Source of the DNA: an uncultured Acidobacteriaceae bacterium
GTDB lineage: Bacteria > Acidobacteriota > Terriglobia > Terriglobales > Acidobacteriaceae
DNA length: 64,000 bases
Assembly: GCA_963735545.1 (NCBI GenBank)
Contig: CAVTLU010000010.1
Location: forward strand, 29,062 to 93,061
Direction of reading: 5' to 3'
The first letter of the stretch is position 1, and every line of letters starts with the position of its first letter. The notes under the pieces are model-generated. The model was not told where the DNA came from. It was given only the letters and a program-made list of their open reading frames with translations, and searched no databases. This document shows, piece after piece, positions 8,187 through 17,715 of the stretch. The position numbers were made by a program, and so were the translations under genes.

Positions 8187-9902
8187 TCACATCCCGTCGT
8201 AATTCGGCCCGCCGCCACCCTCCGGCGGCACCCAGGTGATGATCTGGTACGGGTCGGCGATGTCGCAGGCTTTGCAATGGACACAGTTCGAGGGGTTGAG
8301 GCTGATTCGCTTGCCATTCGGCTGGGCCGGATCGTCGACCATTTCGTAGACATTGGCCGGACAGAAATTCTGGCATGGGCTGCCGAATTCCACTACGCAG
8401 GTTCGGTTGCATACATCGGTGTTCTGGATAATCAAATGCGCCGGTTGATCTTCCTCGTGCTTCGTTCCCGAGTGATAAAGATCGGTGAGCTTGTCGAAGG
8501 TGAGCTTGCCGTCGCCTTTAGCCGGGCCTAGCAAGCGTGCTTCGGCGCCGCCATCGGCCGGCAATTCAGCGAGCTTCTTCATGTGCCGATAGCGGGCGGT
8601 GCCGGGATAGCGGTTGCGCAGGCCGCGCCCGCCGGTGAACTGCTGCAGTCCGGTGTGGAACATGCCAGCCCAGAAGCCGTGCTCGAATCCCTGATGGAAG
8701 TTGCGAACCTTCCAGAGTTCGTCTTTGATCCAACTCGATTCCACTTTTCGTTGAAACTGGCCAAGGGTCTTTGCGGAGGAGTCGTCCTTAAGCAGCGCCT
8801 CGAAGGCGGTTTCGGCGGCCAGCATTCCGCTCTTGATGGCGAGATGAATACCTTTCAAACGCTGCGAGTTCAACAATCCGGCAGAGTCGCCGACGATCAT
8901 CCAGCCGTCGCCGGCGAGCGGCGGCACCGCCCACCAGCCGCCATAGGGCAGAGACTTAGCGCCGTAGCGGATCATCTTGCCGCCCGCGAGTAGCTTGCCA
9001 ACCAAGGGATGCTTCTTGAATTCCTGCAGCACGTGCTGCGGATCGAGCCGCGGATCGGGATAATCGAGCCCGGTAACGAAGCCGAGAGAAACGACATTGT
9101 CTTTCCCCCCGTAGATCCAGGCTCCGCCGTATTCGCGCGACGTGAGCGGCCAGCCCATGGTGTAGATCACCTCGCCGGGCGCGACGCGGCCTGCGGGAAC
9201 TTCCCAAAGCTCCTTCACGCCCTGGCCAAAAGTTTGGGGATTGCGGCCGGCATCGAGTTGCAGGCGCTGAATGAGCTGCTTGGTGAGCGAGCCGCGTGTG
9301 CCCTCGGCGAGAATCACGATCTTGGACTGCAGTTCGTATCCCGGCTCGAAGTTGGATTTCTGCTGATTCTCTTTGTCGATGCCCTTGTCGTCGGTTCGGA
9401 CGCCGGTGACGCGGTTGTTGTCGAAGAGAAGCTCCGATCCGGCGAAGCCGGTGAAGACGGTGATCCCTGTTTCCTCCACTTTGCTACCGAGCCACTTCGC
9501 AAATCGATTGAGGGAGATGACGTAGTTGCCGTGGTCGCGCAACGGCGGTGGCGTAATGGGAAACTTGAATTTGCCCCGCTCGGTCAGAAAGTAGACGGAC
9601 TCTTTGCTGACCGCGGCGTCGATCGGCGCCTCTTTCTCGAAACCAGGCAGCAGTTCGCGCATCGAGCGCGGATCGAGTAGCGCTCCCGACAGGCAATGTT
9701 GGCCGATTTCGCGCGCCTTCTCGAGAACGTAGATGTTCTCTTTGCTGAGTTGGGAATCGGGATGCTTCGCGTTGTGAGCGTCAATGAGCTGCGATAAGCG
9801 AAGGGCGCATGCCATGCCGGCGGGCCCCCCGCCGACGATGACGACGTCGGCTGGCATCTGCGGGCGGTCGATGCCTTCGAGCGGCTTGCGGAAAATCAGC
9901 AT
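8187..9902 (-). CDS. Electron-transfer flavoprotein:ubiquinone oxidoreductase (ETF-QO)
   Basis: 571 aa. FAD motif DVVIVGGGPAGMACA. C-terminal 4Fe-4S region CPANVYE....NCVHCKACDI and ..PPEGGGGPNY..M, typical of ETF-QO. Confidence 0.93.
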   Translation of the reverse strand: MLIFRKPLEGIDRPQMPADVVIVGGGPAGMACALRLSQLIDAHNAKHPDSQLSKENIYVLEKAREIGQHCLSGALLDPRSMRELLPGFEKEAPIDAAVSKESVYFLTERGKFKFPITPPPLRDHGNYVISLNRFAKWLGSKVEETGITVFTGFAGSELLFDNNRVTGVRTDDKGIDKENQQKSNFEPGYELQSKIVILAEGTRGSLTKQLIQRLQLDAGRNPQTFGQGVKELWEVPAGRVAPGEVIYTMGWPLTSREYGGAWIYGGKDNVVSLGFVTGLDYPDPRLDPQHVLQEFKKHPLVGKLLAGGKMIRYGAKSLPYGGWWAVPPLAGDGWMIVGDSAGLLNSQRLKGIHLAIKSGMLAAETAFEALLKDDSSAKTLGQFQRKVESSWIKDELWKVRNFHQGFEHGFWAGMFHTGLQQFTGGRGLRNRYPGTARYRHMKKLAELPADGGAEARLLGPAKGDGKLTFDKLTDLYHSGTKHEEDQPAHLIIQNTDVCNRTCVVEFGSPCQNFCPANVYEMVDDPAQPNGKRISLNPSNCVHCKACDIADPYQIITWVPPEGGGGPNYDGM

Positions 9903-9936
9903 TTAGCACTTGGCACTTGGCCGAAAACTTCTTTGC

Positions 9937-10028
9937 CGCGGATTCACGCGGATCGACGCGGATCATTGCTTCTCTTTCTTATCAAAACAGGACGCAGTTT
10001 CACTAGCAGAGCGTCGAATTGTTTTGAT
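9937..10028. repeat. Three tandem 10-mers (CGCGGATnnA) followed by a 9-bp inverted repeat
   Basis: The tandem units are CGCGGATTCA (9937-9946), CGCGGATCGA (9947-9956) and CGCGGATCAT (9957-9966). ATCAAAACA (9981-9989) then pairs with TGTTTTGAT (10020-10028). All of this lies in the 156-nt spacer between the etfA stop and the ETF-QO start. Confidence 0.7.
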
Positions 10029-10058
10029 CCGGGTTCATCCGTATGATCCGTGTGAAGT

Positions 10059-11054
10059 TCAGCCTCCCGCCTTCGCCTTCTTCACTTCCTCAATCAGCGG
10101 CGGAACGATGTCAAAGAGGTTTCCGACGACAGCGTAATCCGCGATCTCGAAAATCGGAGCTTCGGAGTCTTTATTCACGGCAATGATCGCGCGGGCGCCC
10201 TTCATGCCCACGATGTGCTGGATCGCCCCGCTGATGCCTAGCGCAAGATACAGCTTGGGCGCAACCGTTTGCCCGGAAGAGCCAATCTGCCGATCCATGG
10301 GAAGCCACCCCGAGTCGCAGATAGGACGTGAAGCTGCAATTTCGCCGCCCAGGGCGTCGGCAAGTTGCTTGGCTAGTTCGATGTTCTTCTGCTCTTTAAT
10401 GCCACGGCCGACCGCGACGATGATTTCCGCCTGAGTCAAATCGACCGCCTGCTTGGCTTCCTTGAAGATTTCCTGGGGCTGGTTGCGTATGACGCTATCG
10501 GCGATCTCGGCGGTCACGTTCTCCACTGGCGCCGTGCTCGCGCCGGCTTCTACTTTATCTCCCCGAAATGCTCCGTTCTGGAAAGTCACAAACCAAGGAG
10601 CGCTACCGGTGAAGCTTACGTCGGCGGCTAGCTTGCCCTGAAACATCTGGCGCGTGAAAAGCAGCTTCTCCCCTTCTTCCTTGTAGCCGACGCAATCGCT
10701 GATCACCGTGCTTCCCATGGCAGTCGCCAGTTTGGGGACAAAATCGCGCACCTGGTAGGTGTGCGGCATAAGCACCAGCTGCGGCTGCCGGGCCGCAAGA
10801 AACTGCTTGAGCGCGACGGTGAACGCGTCCGGCGTGTAGTGCTCTAGCCTTGAGGACCCGATTGCATACACCTTGGATAGTTTCTTGCCGGCGATTTCGT
10901 TCGCGAGACTTGCGACACCGCTTCCGAGTACCGCAGCTTCGAGGCTCCAGCCAGTTTCCGCGGCGAGGGCTTGGCCGGCGGTGAGCGTCTCCCAGGAAAC
11001 GCGGTTGAGCTTGCCTTCGCGTTGTTCGGCTACGACCAGGATGGTGTTTGGCAT
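10059..11054 (-). CDS. etfA: Electron transfer flavoprotein subunit alpha
   Basis: 331 aa. The C-terminal FAD-binding region ..PKLYLALGISGAIQH..GM...  ..IIAVNKD..APIF..ADY..VG is diagnostic. Confidence 0.93.
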   Translation of the reverse strand: MPNTILVVAEQREGKLNRVSWETLTAGQALAAETGWSLEAAVLGSGVASLANEIAGKKLSKVYAIGSSRLEHYTPDAFTVALKQFLAARQPQLVLMPHTYQVRDFVPKLATAMGSTVISDCVGYKEEGEKLLFTRQMFQGKLAADVSFTGSAPWFVTFQNGAFRGDKVEAGASTAPVENVTAEIADSVIRNQPQEIFKEAKQAVDLTQAEIIVAVGRGIKEQKNIELAKQLADALGGEIAASRPICDSGWLPMDRQIGSSGQTVAPKLYLALGISGAIQHIVGMKGARAIIAVNKDSEAPIFEIADYAVVGNLFDIVPPLIEEVKKAKAGG

Positions 11055-11114
11055 TTTGCTTAGGCGTCTTAAAGTTTATGACCCAGTTCTTAGTTTGCGG
11101 TTCTCAGTTCTCAG

Positions 11115-11885
11115 CTACAGTACGCGTACTTCGTTCCGCAATTTTTCCACCAGTTTCTTAGCCACTTCCGCGGGCGGGCCTTCTAGAAACTCCGTGTTCT
11201 TGGTTTTCTGCGGCACGTATAGGCGCTCAATCTTTTGCAGATTGCCGGTGATTGCCGATTGCACCTCCGCCAAGGCGACCTTGCGCATTGGTTTGTTCTT
11301 GGCCTGCTTGATGCCGATCAAGGTGGCGTAACGCAACTTGTTAATGCCAGATTGGATGGTGAGCAGGGCGGGCAGCGGCATATCCACGAACTGGAAGTAA
11401 CCGGCTTCGAGTTCTCGTTTCACCTTGATACCGCCGTCGGTCTTTTCGATTTGCATGATGATGGTCGCGTGCGGCCAACCCAGCAGTTCGGCAAGAACCA
11501 CGCCTGTTTGCGCGTAGCCGTAGTCGTCGGACTGCAGACCGGTGAAGATCAAATCGAACTTATCGTCTTTGATTGCGGCGGCGAGAGCGCGAGCGAGAGA
11601 AAAAGCGTCGAGCGCGGCGAACGCATTGTCTTCAAGGTGAATGGCGCGGTCGGCCCCTTTGGCCAGAGCCTCGCGCAGAACCTGCTGGGCGCGGGCCGGG
11701 CCGGCGGTGATGACGACCACTTCCCCGCCGTGTTTCTCTTTCTGCCGCAGAGCCTCTTCGAGAGCATAGGCGTCCGGCTCATTCACCTCGTAGGAGACAT
11801 CCTCGCGAATCCAGGTGCCAGTCTCGTTGAGTTTGAGCGGGGCATCCTTCTGCGGCACCTGCTTCATGCAGACCAGGATTTTCAA
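11115..11885 (-). CDS. etfB: Electron transfer flavoprotein subunit beta
   Basis: 256 aa, MKILVCMKQVP........ N-terminus typical of EtfB. TTG start at 11885 with AAGGAG 8 nt upstream. Confidence 0.92.
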   Translation of the reverse strand: MKILVCMKQVPQKDAPLKLNETGTWIREDVSYEVNEPDAYALEEALRQKEKHGGEVVVITAGPARAQQVLREALAKGADRAIHLEDNAFAALDAFSLARALAAAIKDDKFDLIFTGLQSDDYGYAQTGVVLAELLGWPHATIIMQIEKTDGGIKVKRELEAGYFQFVDMPLPALLTIQSGINKLRYATLIGIKQAKNKPMRKVALAEVQSAITGNLQKIERLYVPQKTKNTEFLEGPPAEVAKKLVEKLRNEVRVL

Positions 11886-11920
11886 AGCGAGGCTCCTTGG
11901 TGAAGCAGGCAGTATAAATC

Positions 11921-12018
11921 AGCACTTAGCGGTTGGCATTTAGCACTTGGCCAATCCCCGTGCGCTTGCACGGAGCCTGGGGGTTGGCTAAGTGCCAAAG
12001 GCTAAGTGCCAAGTGCTA
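11921..12018. repeat. About 100-nt palindromic element (AGCACTTGGC / GCCAAGTGCT-rich arms around a GTGCgcttGCAC hairpin)
   Basis: The left arm AGCACTTAGCggttGGCATTTAGCACTTGGCCAA is a close inverted copy of the right arm TTGGCTAAGTGCCaaagGCTAAGTGCCAAGTGCT. The element abuts the stop codon of the 12016..12288 gene. Confidence 0.7.
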
Positions 12019-12288
12019 GTCTGGAAATACCACGGATTGCCCGGTAATTTCGAACCGCTTACGGCAACGCATGTTCTTGCAGACCATCATGTCGTCCTTG
12101 CGCACCATGTAGGAGCGGGCTTTGGCGAAGCGAGCGCGGTCGCGTTCGTCGGCACGGCCGGAAAGCTGCCGCTTCTTGGTGCGTACCAGCCAGGTCACTT
12201 CATACTCGGCAGACTGGCGGCAACTGGGGCAATTTAGCGTGGCTGGCTTTTTCTCCGGCCGTTCGTCAAAGAATTCGCGTTCTTCCAT
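12016..12288 (-). CDS. Small zinc-ribbon-like hypothetical protein
   Basis: ORF 12016..12315 trimmed to ATG 12288 (MEEREFF...). Two Cys pairs (CPSC ... CKNMRC). No family recognised. Confidence 0.5.
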   Translation of the reverse strand: MEEREFFDERPEKKPATLNCPSCRQSAEYEVTWLVRTKKRQLSGRADERDRARFAKARSYMVRKDDMMVCKNMRCRKRFEITGQSVVFPD

Positions 12289-12376
12289 AGGCGAAAACCG
12301 GCCTTGTGACCTCATCGCCGGCGAAGGACCAATTATTGCAGGTTTGAGGCAGACGGGCTATGGCAAGATAGCGCTG

Positions 12377-12544
12377 ATGGCGAAAAAGAAGAAGATGAAG
12401 AAGTTTCGCGCGGTGGAAGCGGTAAAGGCTTTGGCGCGGGAACGCATCGGGACGCCCCCGGCGGCCCAGGTTATTCCCGATCGAAAGAGAAAAGCGAACG
12501 TCAAACACAAGGCAACGCTGGGGAAATTGCTCGGTGAAGCGTAG
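12377..12544 (+). CDS. Small Lys/Arg-rich hypothetical protein (55 aa)
   Basis: An internal ATG of ORF 12122..12544 gives MAKKKKMKKFRAVEAVKALARERIGTPPAAQVIPDRKRKANVKHKATLGKLLGEA. The codon pattern looks like coding sequence, but there is no clear SD and no family is recognised. Confidence 0.35.
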   Translation: MAKKKKMKKFRAVEAVKALARERIGTPPAAQVIPDRKRKANVKHKATLGKLLGEA

Positions 12545-12588
12545 CTTATTCCCTTTTCAGAGTGCCCCAAAGGCCGAACCACATTATG

Positions 12589-13254
12589 TCAGTTAAAGGT
12601 CACCGCAAGCTGCGTAGTGCCCCTCACCGTTAATGTGCACATTTGTCCTGAAACGGTGTCGCACCCCGCCCAGCCCCCGAAGGTGGAACCGTTGGCGGTA
12701 GCGGTCAAGGTCACGGTCGTTCCAATCGGAAAAGCCGATGAAGTGCATGTCATAGAGCAGCCGAGCCCGCCAGGGTTACTGGATATGCTCCCGGCGCCTG
12801 TTCCCGCAAAAGTTACGGTGATGGCGGGCCCGGTGCCCGAGAAACAAACTACCGTCTCCGTCATATTGGCGGTCACTATGGCTCCTGCTGACGACAAGCC
12901 TCCCGCGCTGCTGTTCTTGTTCACGGTGGCAGACATTAGGGCGTCCCCGCAAGCGAAGCCGGTAACGACTGCCAAACCAGTGGCGCTGACCGTGGCGATC
13001 TGCGTATCATCCGACGCCCAGATCACCTGGTTCGTGATGTCTTTGCTCACAGGCGGGTGGATATAGTTACCAATCGCCCTGAGTTGTACGCTCAAACCCG
13101 CGTCCTGGCTGACCGGTATGTTGGATGCCCCGTTGATTTCGACCGCCGGCGTGATGCTAATGGAAACCAGTTGCTGATCGTGCCCGCAACTTGGCACCAG
13201 CAGCGACAGCAGGATTGCAGCAGCACCGCCGAACCTAGACCTGTTCCCATTCAT
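12589..13254 (-). CDS. Lipoprotein with Big_2-like Ig domain and C-terminal Cys-containing beta-repeat
   Basis: 221 aa. Signal peptide plus lipobox (LLVPSCG), then ISITPA.......Q..A.G.Y......DITN.V.W.S.D..IATVS..GL. The domain logic matches the partial gene at 1..479. Confidence 0.7.
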   Translation of the reverse strand: MNGNRSRFGGAAAILLSLLVPSCGHDQQLVSISITPAVEINGASNIPVSQDAGLSVQLRAIGNYIHPPVSKDITNQVIWASDDTQIATVSATGLAVVTGFACGDALMSATVNKNSSAGGLSSAGAIVTANMTETVVCFSGTGPAITVTFAGTGAGSISSNPGGLGCSMTCTSSAFPIGTTVTLTATANGSTFGGWAGCDTVSGQMCTLTVRGTTQLAVTFN

Positions 13255-13419
13255 GACTTCTCCCAGCTCAGCACACGAATGCTTGAATCGATTTGAGGGG
13301 AAACAACTTTAATCTAGGAAATACCCTGCCAAAAAGCAAGGCCCGAAACCAGCGTAGTTACTGCACGTCAGTAACGTAGCTTCTAACTCTTACGCGGGCC
13401 GGCAAGGGTACATGCCTGG

Positions 13420-14109
13420 TTAGTGAACCGGTGGTGTGTTGCTGATCGTCCCAACCCGTGCGCCTTTAGCGGTGTCGGCGTCTTTCAGCAGGGTTTCGTC
13501 GGTGATGTGATCCAACGTTCCGCCACCCTGGAGAAATGAAGCCTGATTCCGCCAGAAAACGTAAGTATTCTGGGCCTGTTGAATTTCCTCAGGGACCACG
13601 TCCCGATCCGCCTTAACCCAGTCGACGTCGGGGTTGTAGCGGTCGGCCTCGTCGCGCTCCCTGTCTGGATCACTGTGGAGGAAATGGTGATAGATGTTGT
13701 CTTCGATCTTACCGTTTAGTTTTTTGGCGTCGGCCGCAATCCGCTTCCAGTTGGCCTGATGTGCGTCTGCAATTTGGAAGATACTCTTGCCCGCCTGAAG
13801 TTGCAGCGCAATATCCAGCATCTTGGTCCCGGCAGAGGTTAGTTCATGCGCGATGAACAGGCTCCCGTAGTTCATCCCCATGGCTCGTCGCTCCCGAACC
13901 AATTGCGGCCGGTTGACCGCCAGCATGTCCGACATCGCTTTGCTGACCAGGGAGCGAGCCGTGGCATCGACTGCCATGGCATTGACCCTGCGGATTTGCT
14001 TTTCAGCTTTTTGACGGTCGCCGCCGAAAGCAAGGACGGTTGCAGTCAACAACAGGGCAACCACACAACTACAGGCGGGAAGGCAACGTCTCCGGTGCAG
14101 GACATACAT
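13420..14109 (-). CDS. Hypothetical exported protein
   Basis: ORF 13420..14151. The likely start is ATG 14109 (MYVLHRRRCLPACSCVVALLLTATVLAFGG, a hydrophobic signal-like segment). No family recognised. Confidence 0.5.
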   Translation of the reverse strand: MYVLHRRRCLPACSCVVALLLTATVLAFGGDRQKAEKQIRRVNAMAVDATARSLVSKAMSDMLAVNRPQLVRERRAMGMNYGSLFIAHELTSAGTKMLDIALQLQAGKSIFQIADAHQANWKRIAADAKKLNGKIEDNIYHHFLHSDPDRERDEADRYNPDVDWVKADRDVVPEEIQQAQNTYVFWRNQASFLQGGGTLDHITDETLLKDADTAKGARVGTISNTPPVH

Positions 14110-14432
14110 AACGACCCCGATTGGCGCAATTTTATCGGAAGTTGCCCGCACATTGAAAGCAGAGAATTTTCCCCTCTCCTTTTGAAACAGACCGCCACTC
14201 TAGAGTATTGTATTCGCGCCAGCCGTGCGGGTTCGACGGAGGGACCGCAAGGCCCGCCCGTTACGCCTTGAGAGCCCTGCACCAGAGGAAATTTGAATTG
14301 TAACCAGAAAAACTATGAGTAAAACAGACGGCGATGGCGATGGTAAGGTTTCCGCCATCAAGAATGTCGAGGGCACGGCACTGTAACACGGGCGTAACAC
14401 TCGTTTAGTACATTGCTGCTCGGGGTGAACAT

Positions 14433-17400
14433 ATGAACCACGCTATGAAGCAAATTCGCACTTTATTCTTCACAATCGCAATGGCAGTGAGTCTGATGGT
14501 CTCCTTAACAGAGATCACCGTCGCGCAGATCGCCACAGGATCCATCACCGGAACCGTGACCGACCCCACCGGGAGTGCGATCGTGGGCGTAAACGTTACG
14601 GTCCGAAACACGGAAACGGGCGCGGAATCTGTTTTCCCCACCAACGAGGTGGGAATCTACGCCGACCCCTACCTTCAGCCGGGAAACTATGAGGTTACAG
14701 CCAGCAAGGCCGGGTTCTCGACTGTGGTTGAGAAGAACGTCCTGGTTCATGTTGGCAGCCGGTTGACAGTCGACATCCGTTTGCCTGTGCAGATCGAGCA
14801 ATCCACCATAACCGTAACCGAGGAAGCTCCGCTTCTGGAGACGCAGAAGAGCGACCACTCTCAAACCGTGACCCGCAGGATGGTGGAAGGCTTGCCCATC
14901 GCCGCCCGGCGCTGGGAGAACTTTGTGCTGCTCACTCCGGCCGTGACCACCGATGGGACCAGCGGCTTGAGCAGCTTCCGGGGAATTTCGGGCCTCTACA
15001 ATGGGAACTCTGTGGACGGCGCCAACAATACCCAGGCGTTCTTTTCGGAAGCGCGCGGACGCGCGATTATCGTGGCCTACGTCTATAGCGCGGATTCGAT
15101 TCGAGAGTTCCAGGTTTCCTCCAGCAATTACAGCGCGGAATATGGACAGGCGGCCGGCGGAGTGGTGAATGCGGTGACTAAATCCGGCACCAACCGCTTG
15201 CACGGCGACCTGTTCTACAACCTGCGCTATCCCGATCTGAACGCCCTGGATCCGCACTCAGCATCTCAAGGGATCAAAACCCAGACGGTACACCAGCAGA
15301 ATCAGTTCGGTGGCAGCGCGGGCGGCCCCATCATCAAGGACAAGCTTTTCTTCTTTGGCACCTATGACGGTTTCCGGAAAGTAAATCCGATTCTGTATAC
15401 CTCGACCACTCCCCCCTCAACCATCAATGCTTCTACGTTTGTCTGTCCTGCGGCGGTGACCTCGTCCCAGTGTTCCAGCGCAAAGCAATTCGTCACCACC
15501 GGACTGCTGGGCGCTTTTGCTCGTAACTTGAAGCAGGATGTTTATCTTGGCAAGTTGGACTATCAGTTGAACAATGCCAACCACTTGTCCGCGGTGTTCA
15601 ATTTTCAGAATTGGCAGGAACCGAACGGCTACAACACCTCTCCCACGATTAACAACGGCGGCGTCACGCAGAACGGAAACGGCGGCACGCATGAACGCTT
15701 CTTCATCGCCAATTGGACCTCGAATTTCTCCAGCAACAAGGTCAATGATCTTCGCTTTCAATGGGGACGCGACTTCGAGTTTGACACCACCAACTCGCCG
15801 GGGCCATCGGTTTCCCTGCTGAACCTCGCATCCTACGGCGAAACCTCGGCTCTTCCCCGCCCCGCCTTTCCCGATGAGCACCGCATCCAAATCTCTGACA
15901 ACTTTTCGATTGCTAAGGGCGCGCACTCCTTCAAGATGGGCGTGGACGTCAACCTGATCCATGAGTTGCTAGTCAACCTCTTTCAGGGTGACGGGAACTA
16001 CAGCTACAACGGCACCACCGCCTTCAGCGGGTGCGCTGCCGGGGCTAACGCAACTTTCTGCCGCTGGGTGGCCGATGTGTTCGGAGCCGACGTAGGCGAC
16101 GGCCTGACGGGAATGCACTACGCCTCATTCACTCAAGTGAACGATCCGATCACTCACACCGGGAAAGATGATTTTTACAACAACGACTTCGGTGCCTACT
16201 TCGAAGATACCTGGAAGGTTCGGCCCAGCCTCACTTTGAATTTGGGCGTTCGGTACGACCTGCAGCATGTTCCCGCTCCTGCCAAACCGAATACAGCGAC
16301 GCCGCTGCTCGCTCTGTACACATCGACGCTCAACATCGACAAGAACAATTTTGCTCCCCGCCTGGGCGCCGCCTGGCAAGTAGGCAAGAACACGGTGGTG
16401 CGCGCCGGCTATGGAATCTTCTACGGGAAGACTTCCAACAGCACCTACTACGCGCTGCGAGTGGAAAATGGCGTATTCCAGCAGACCTTTAGCGGCTGCG
16501 GACCGAGTGGAATCAAGACCTGCGCCCCCACCTTTCCAAACGTATTCTTTATTCCGCCCGGCCCCCCAGTGGCCGCGCCCTTCTCAGGTGCGCTCACACC
16601 CACGGTCGGCATACCCGGGGGCACGTTGCCAGCGAATTCGGCAGCAGTCCACGGCATGAACCCGAATTTCGTTAACCCGGCCGCGCATGAGGGCCAAGTG
16701 AGCATCGAGCAGCAACTCCCGGGACGCATGACGGTAGCTGCAACGTACCTCCTGACGCGCGGCCTGCACCTGCCAGCGAGCTACGATTCGAACGTTGCGC
16801 CCGCCACCACAACCCGAAGTTACGACGTGCTGACCTCCAGCGGCGCCACAGCTTTGACCGCGAGCGTGCCCTTCTACACCCAGCGTATCGATCCCAACAC
16901 CGGCCTCATCCTCAACCAAGCCAGCGTGATCAACTCCTGGTACAACGGATTGGTGCTTTCTCTCCGTAAGCCGTTCAGCCACGGGGTTGAACTGCTGTTC
17001 AATTACACCTTCAGCAAGGCCTTGGACAATGGCCAAACCGCCGGGACCAACGGCACTTTCTTTGGTACCGATGGTGTGCTCGACCCCTATAACTTGGGGC
17101 GCGACTATTCCTATTCCGACTTGGACCAACGGCATCGTTTTGTCGGCAATGTGGTTTGGCAGCCCAGTTTCGGCAAGAGTATGTCGAACAAGTTCGCCCG
17201 GCAACTGGCGAGTGACTGGTCCTTATCCGGCATCATCACCTCCGCGACCGGTCAGCCGTACAACGCAAACATTGGTACCTCGATCTTGGGATCCGCACTT
17301 CCGGGCGACGGCGGTATGACCGGCGCCGAGGTCAGCACCTTCGCTGGACCTACTGGAGGCCGGGCTTCCTGGCTGGCGCGCAATCCCTACAATCTGCCCA

Positions 17401-17678
17401 ATTTCACCACCGTTGACTTCCGCGTGGGCCGGGGATTTGCCTTCGGCGAACGGGTTCACTTCGACCTCGTCGCCGATGCGTTTAACCTATTCAACAGCAC
17501 GATCGTGACGGCGGTGAATACGACTGCCTTCAACTATTCCGGGCCGGGCGTCGGTTCATGCGCAGGCCACACCAATGGCTGTCTGGTGCCTTCTTCCAGC
17601 TTCGGGAGCGTATCGACAACCTCTGGGGCGCTGTACGGCGCGCGGCAGTTGCAATTCGGCGCCAAGCTGGTTTTCTAG
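14433..17678 (+). CDS. TonB-dependent receptor with carboxypeptidase-regulatory-like N-terminal domain
   Basis: 1081 aa. Signal peptide, then G.ITGTVTDPTG..I.G..VTV.N..TG (CarboxypepD_reg-like), then plug and barrel. Terminal ...LQFGAKLVF with a C-terminal Phe. Confidence 0.9.
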   Translation: MNHAMKQIRTLFFTIAMAVSLMVSLTEITVAQIATGSITGTVTDPTGSAIVGVNVTVRNTETGAESVFPTNEVGIYADPYLQPGNYEVTASKAGFSTVVEKNVLVHVGSRLTVDIRLPVQIEQSTITVTEEAPLLETQKSDHSQTVTRRMVEGLPIAARRWENFVLLTPAVTTDGTSGLSSFRGISGLYNGNSVDGANNTQAFFSEARGRAIIVAYVYSADSIREFQVSSSNYSAEYGQAAGGVVNAVTKSGTNRLHGDLFYNLRYPDLNALDPHSASQGIKTQTVHQQNQFGGSAGGPIIKDKLFFFGTYDGFRKVNPILYTSTTPPSTINASTFVCPAAVTSSQCSSAKQFVTTGLLGAFARNLKQDVYLGKLDYQLNNANHLSAVFNFQNWQEPNGYNTSPTINNGGVTQNGNGGTHERFFIANWTSNFSSNKVNDLRFQWGRDFEFDTTNSPGPSVSLLNLASYGETSALPRPAFPDEHRIQISDNFSIAKGAHSFKMGVDVNLIHELLVNLFQGDGNYSYNGTTAFSGCAAGANATFCRWVADVFGADVGDGLTGMHYASFTQVNDPITHTGKDDFYNNDFGAYFEDTWKVRPSLTLNLGVRYDLQHVPAPAKPNTATPLLALYTSTLNIDKNNFAPRLGAAWQVGKNTVVRAGYGIFYGKTSNSTYYALRVENGVFQQTFSGCGPSGIKTCAPTFPNVFFIPPGPPVAAPFSGALTPTVGIPGGTLPANSAAVHGMNPNFVNPAAHEGQVSIEQQLPGRMTVAATYLLTRGLHLPASYDSNVAPATTTRSYDVLTSSGATALTASVPFYTQRIDPNTGLILNQASVINSWYNGLVLSLRKPFSHGVELLFNYTFSKALDNGQTAGTNGTFFGTDGVLDPYNLGRDYSYSDLDQRHRFVGNVVWQPSFGKSMSNKFARQLASDWSLSGIITSATGQPYNANIGTSILGSALPGDGGMTGAEVSTFAGPTGGRASWLARNPYNLPNFTTVDFRVGRGFAFGERVHFDLVADAFNLFNSTIVTAVNTTAFNYSGPGVGSCAGHTNGCLVPSSSFGSVSTTSGALYGARQLQFGAKLVF

Positions 17679-17715
17679 AGGCGACGAAAAAGGGAGTCAG
17701 AGCAGTTCGATCTTG

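Noticed and set aside
14315-14386. A 23-codon ORF (MSKTDGDGDGKVSAIKNVEGTAL) in the 323-nt leader of the first TonB receptor, considered as a possible leader peptide.
   Set aside because: It has no SD and is short enough to arise by chance. It has no recognisable regulatory logic such as rare-codon runs or an attenuator hairpin. It is worth a look only if conserved in relatives.
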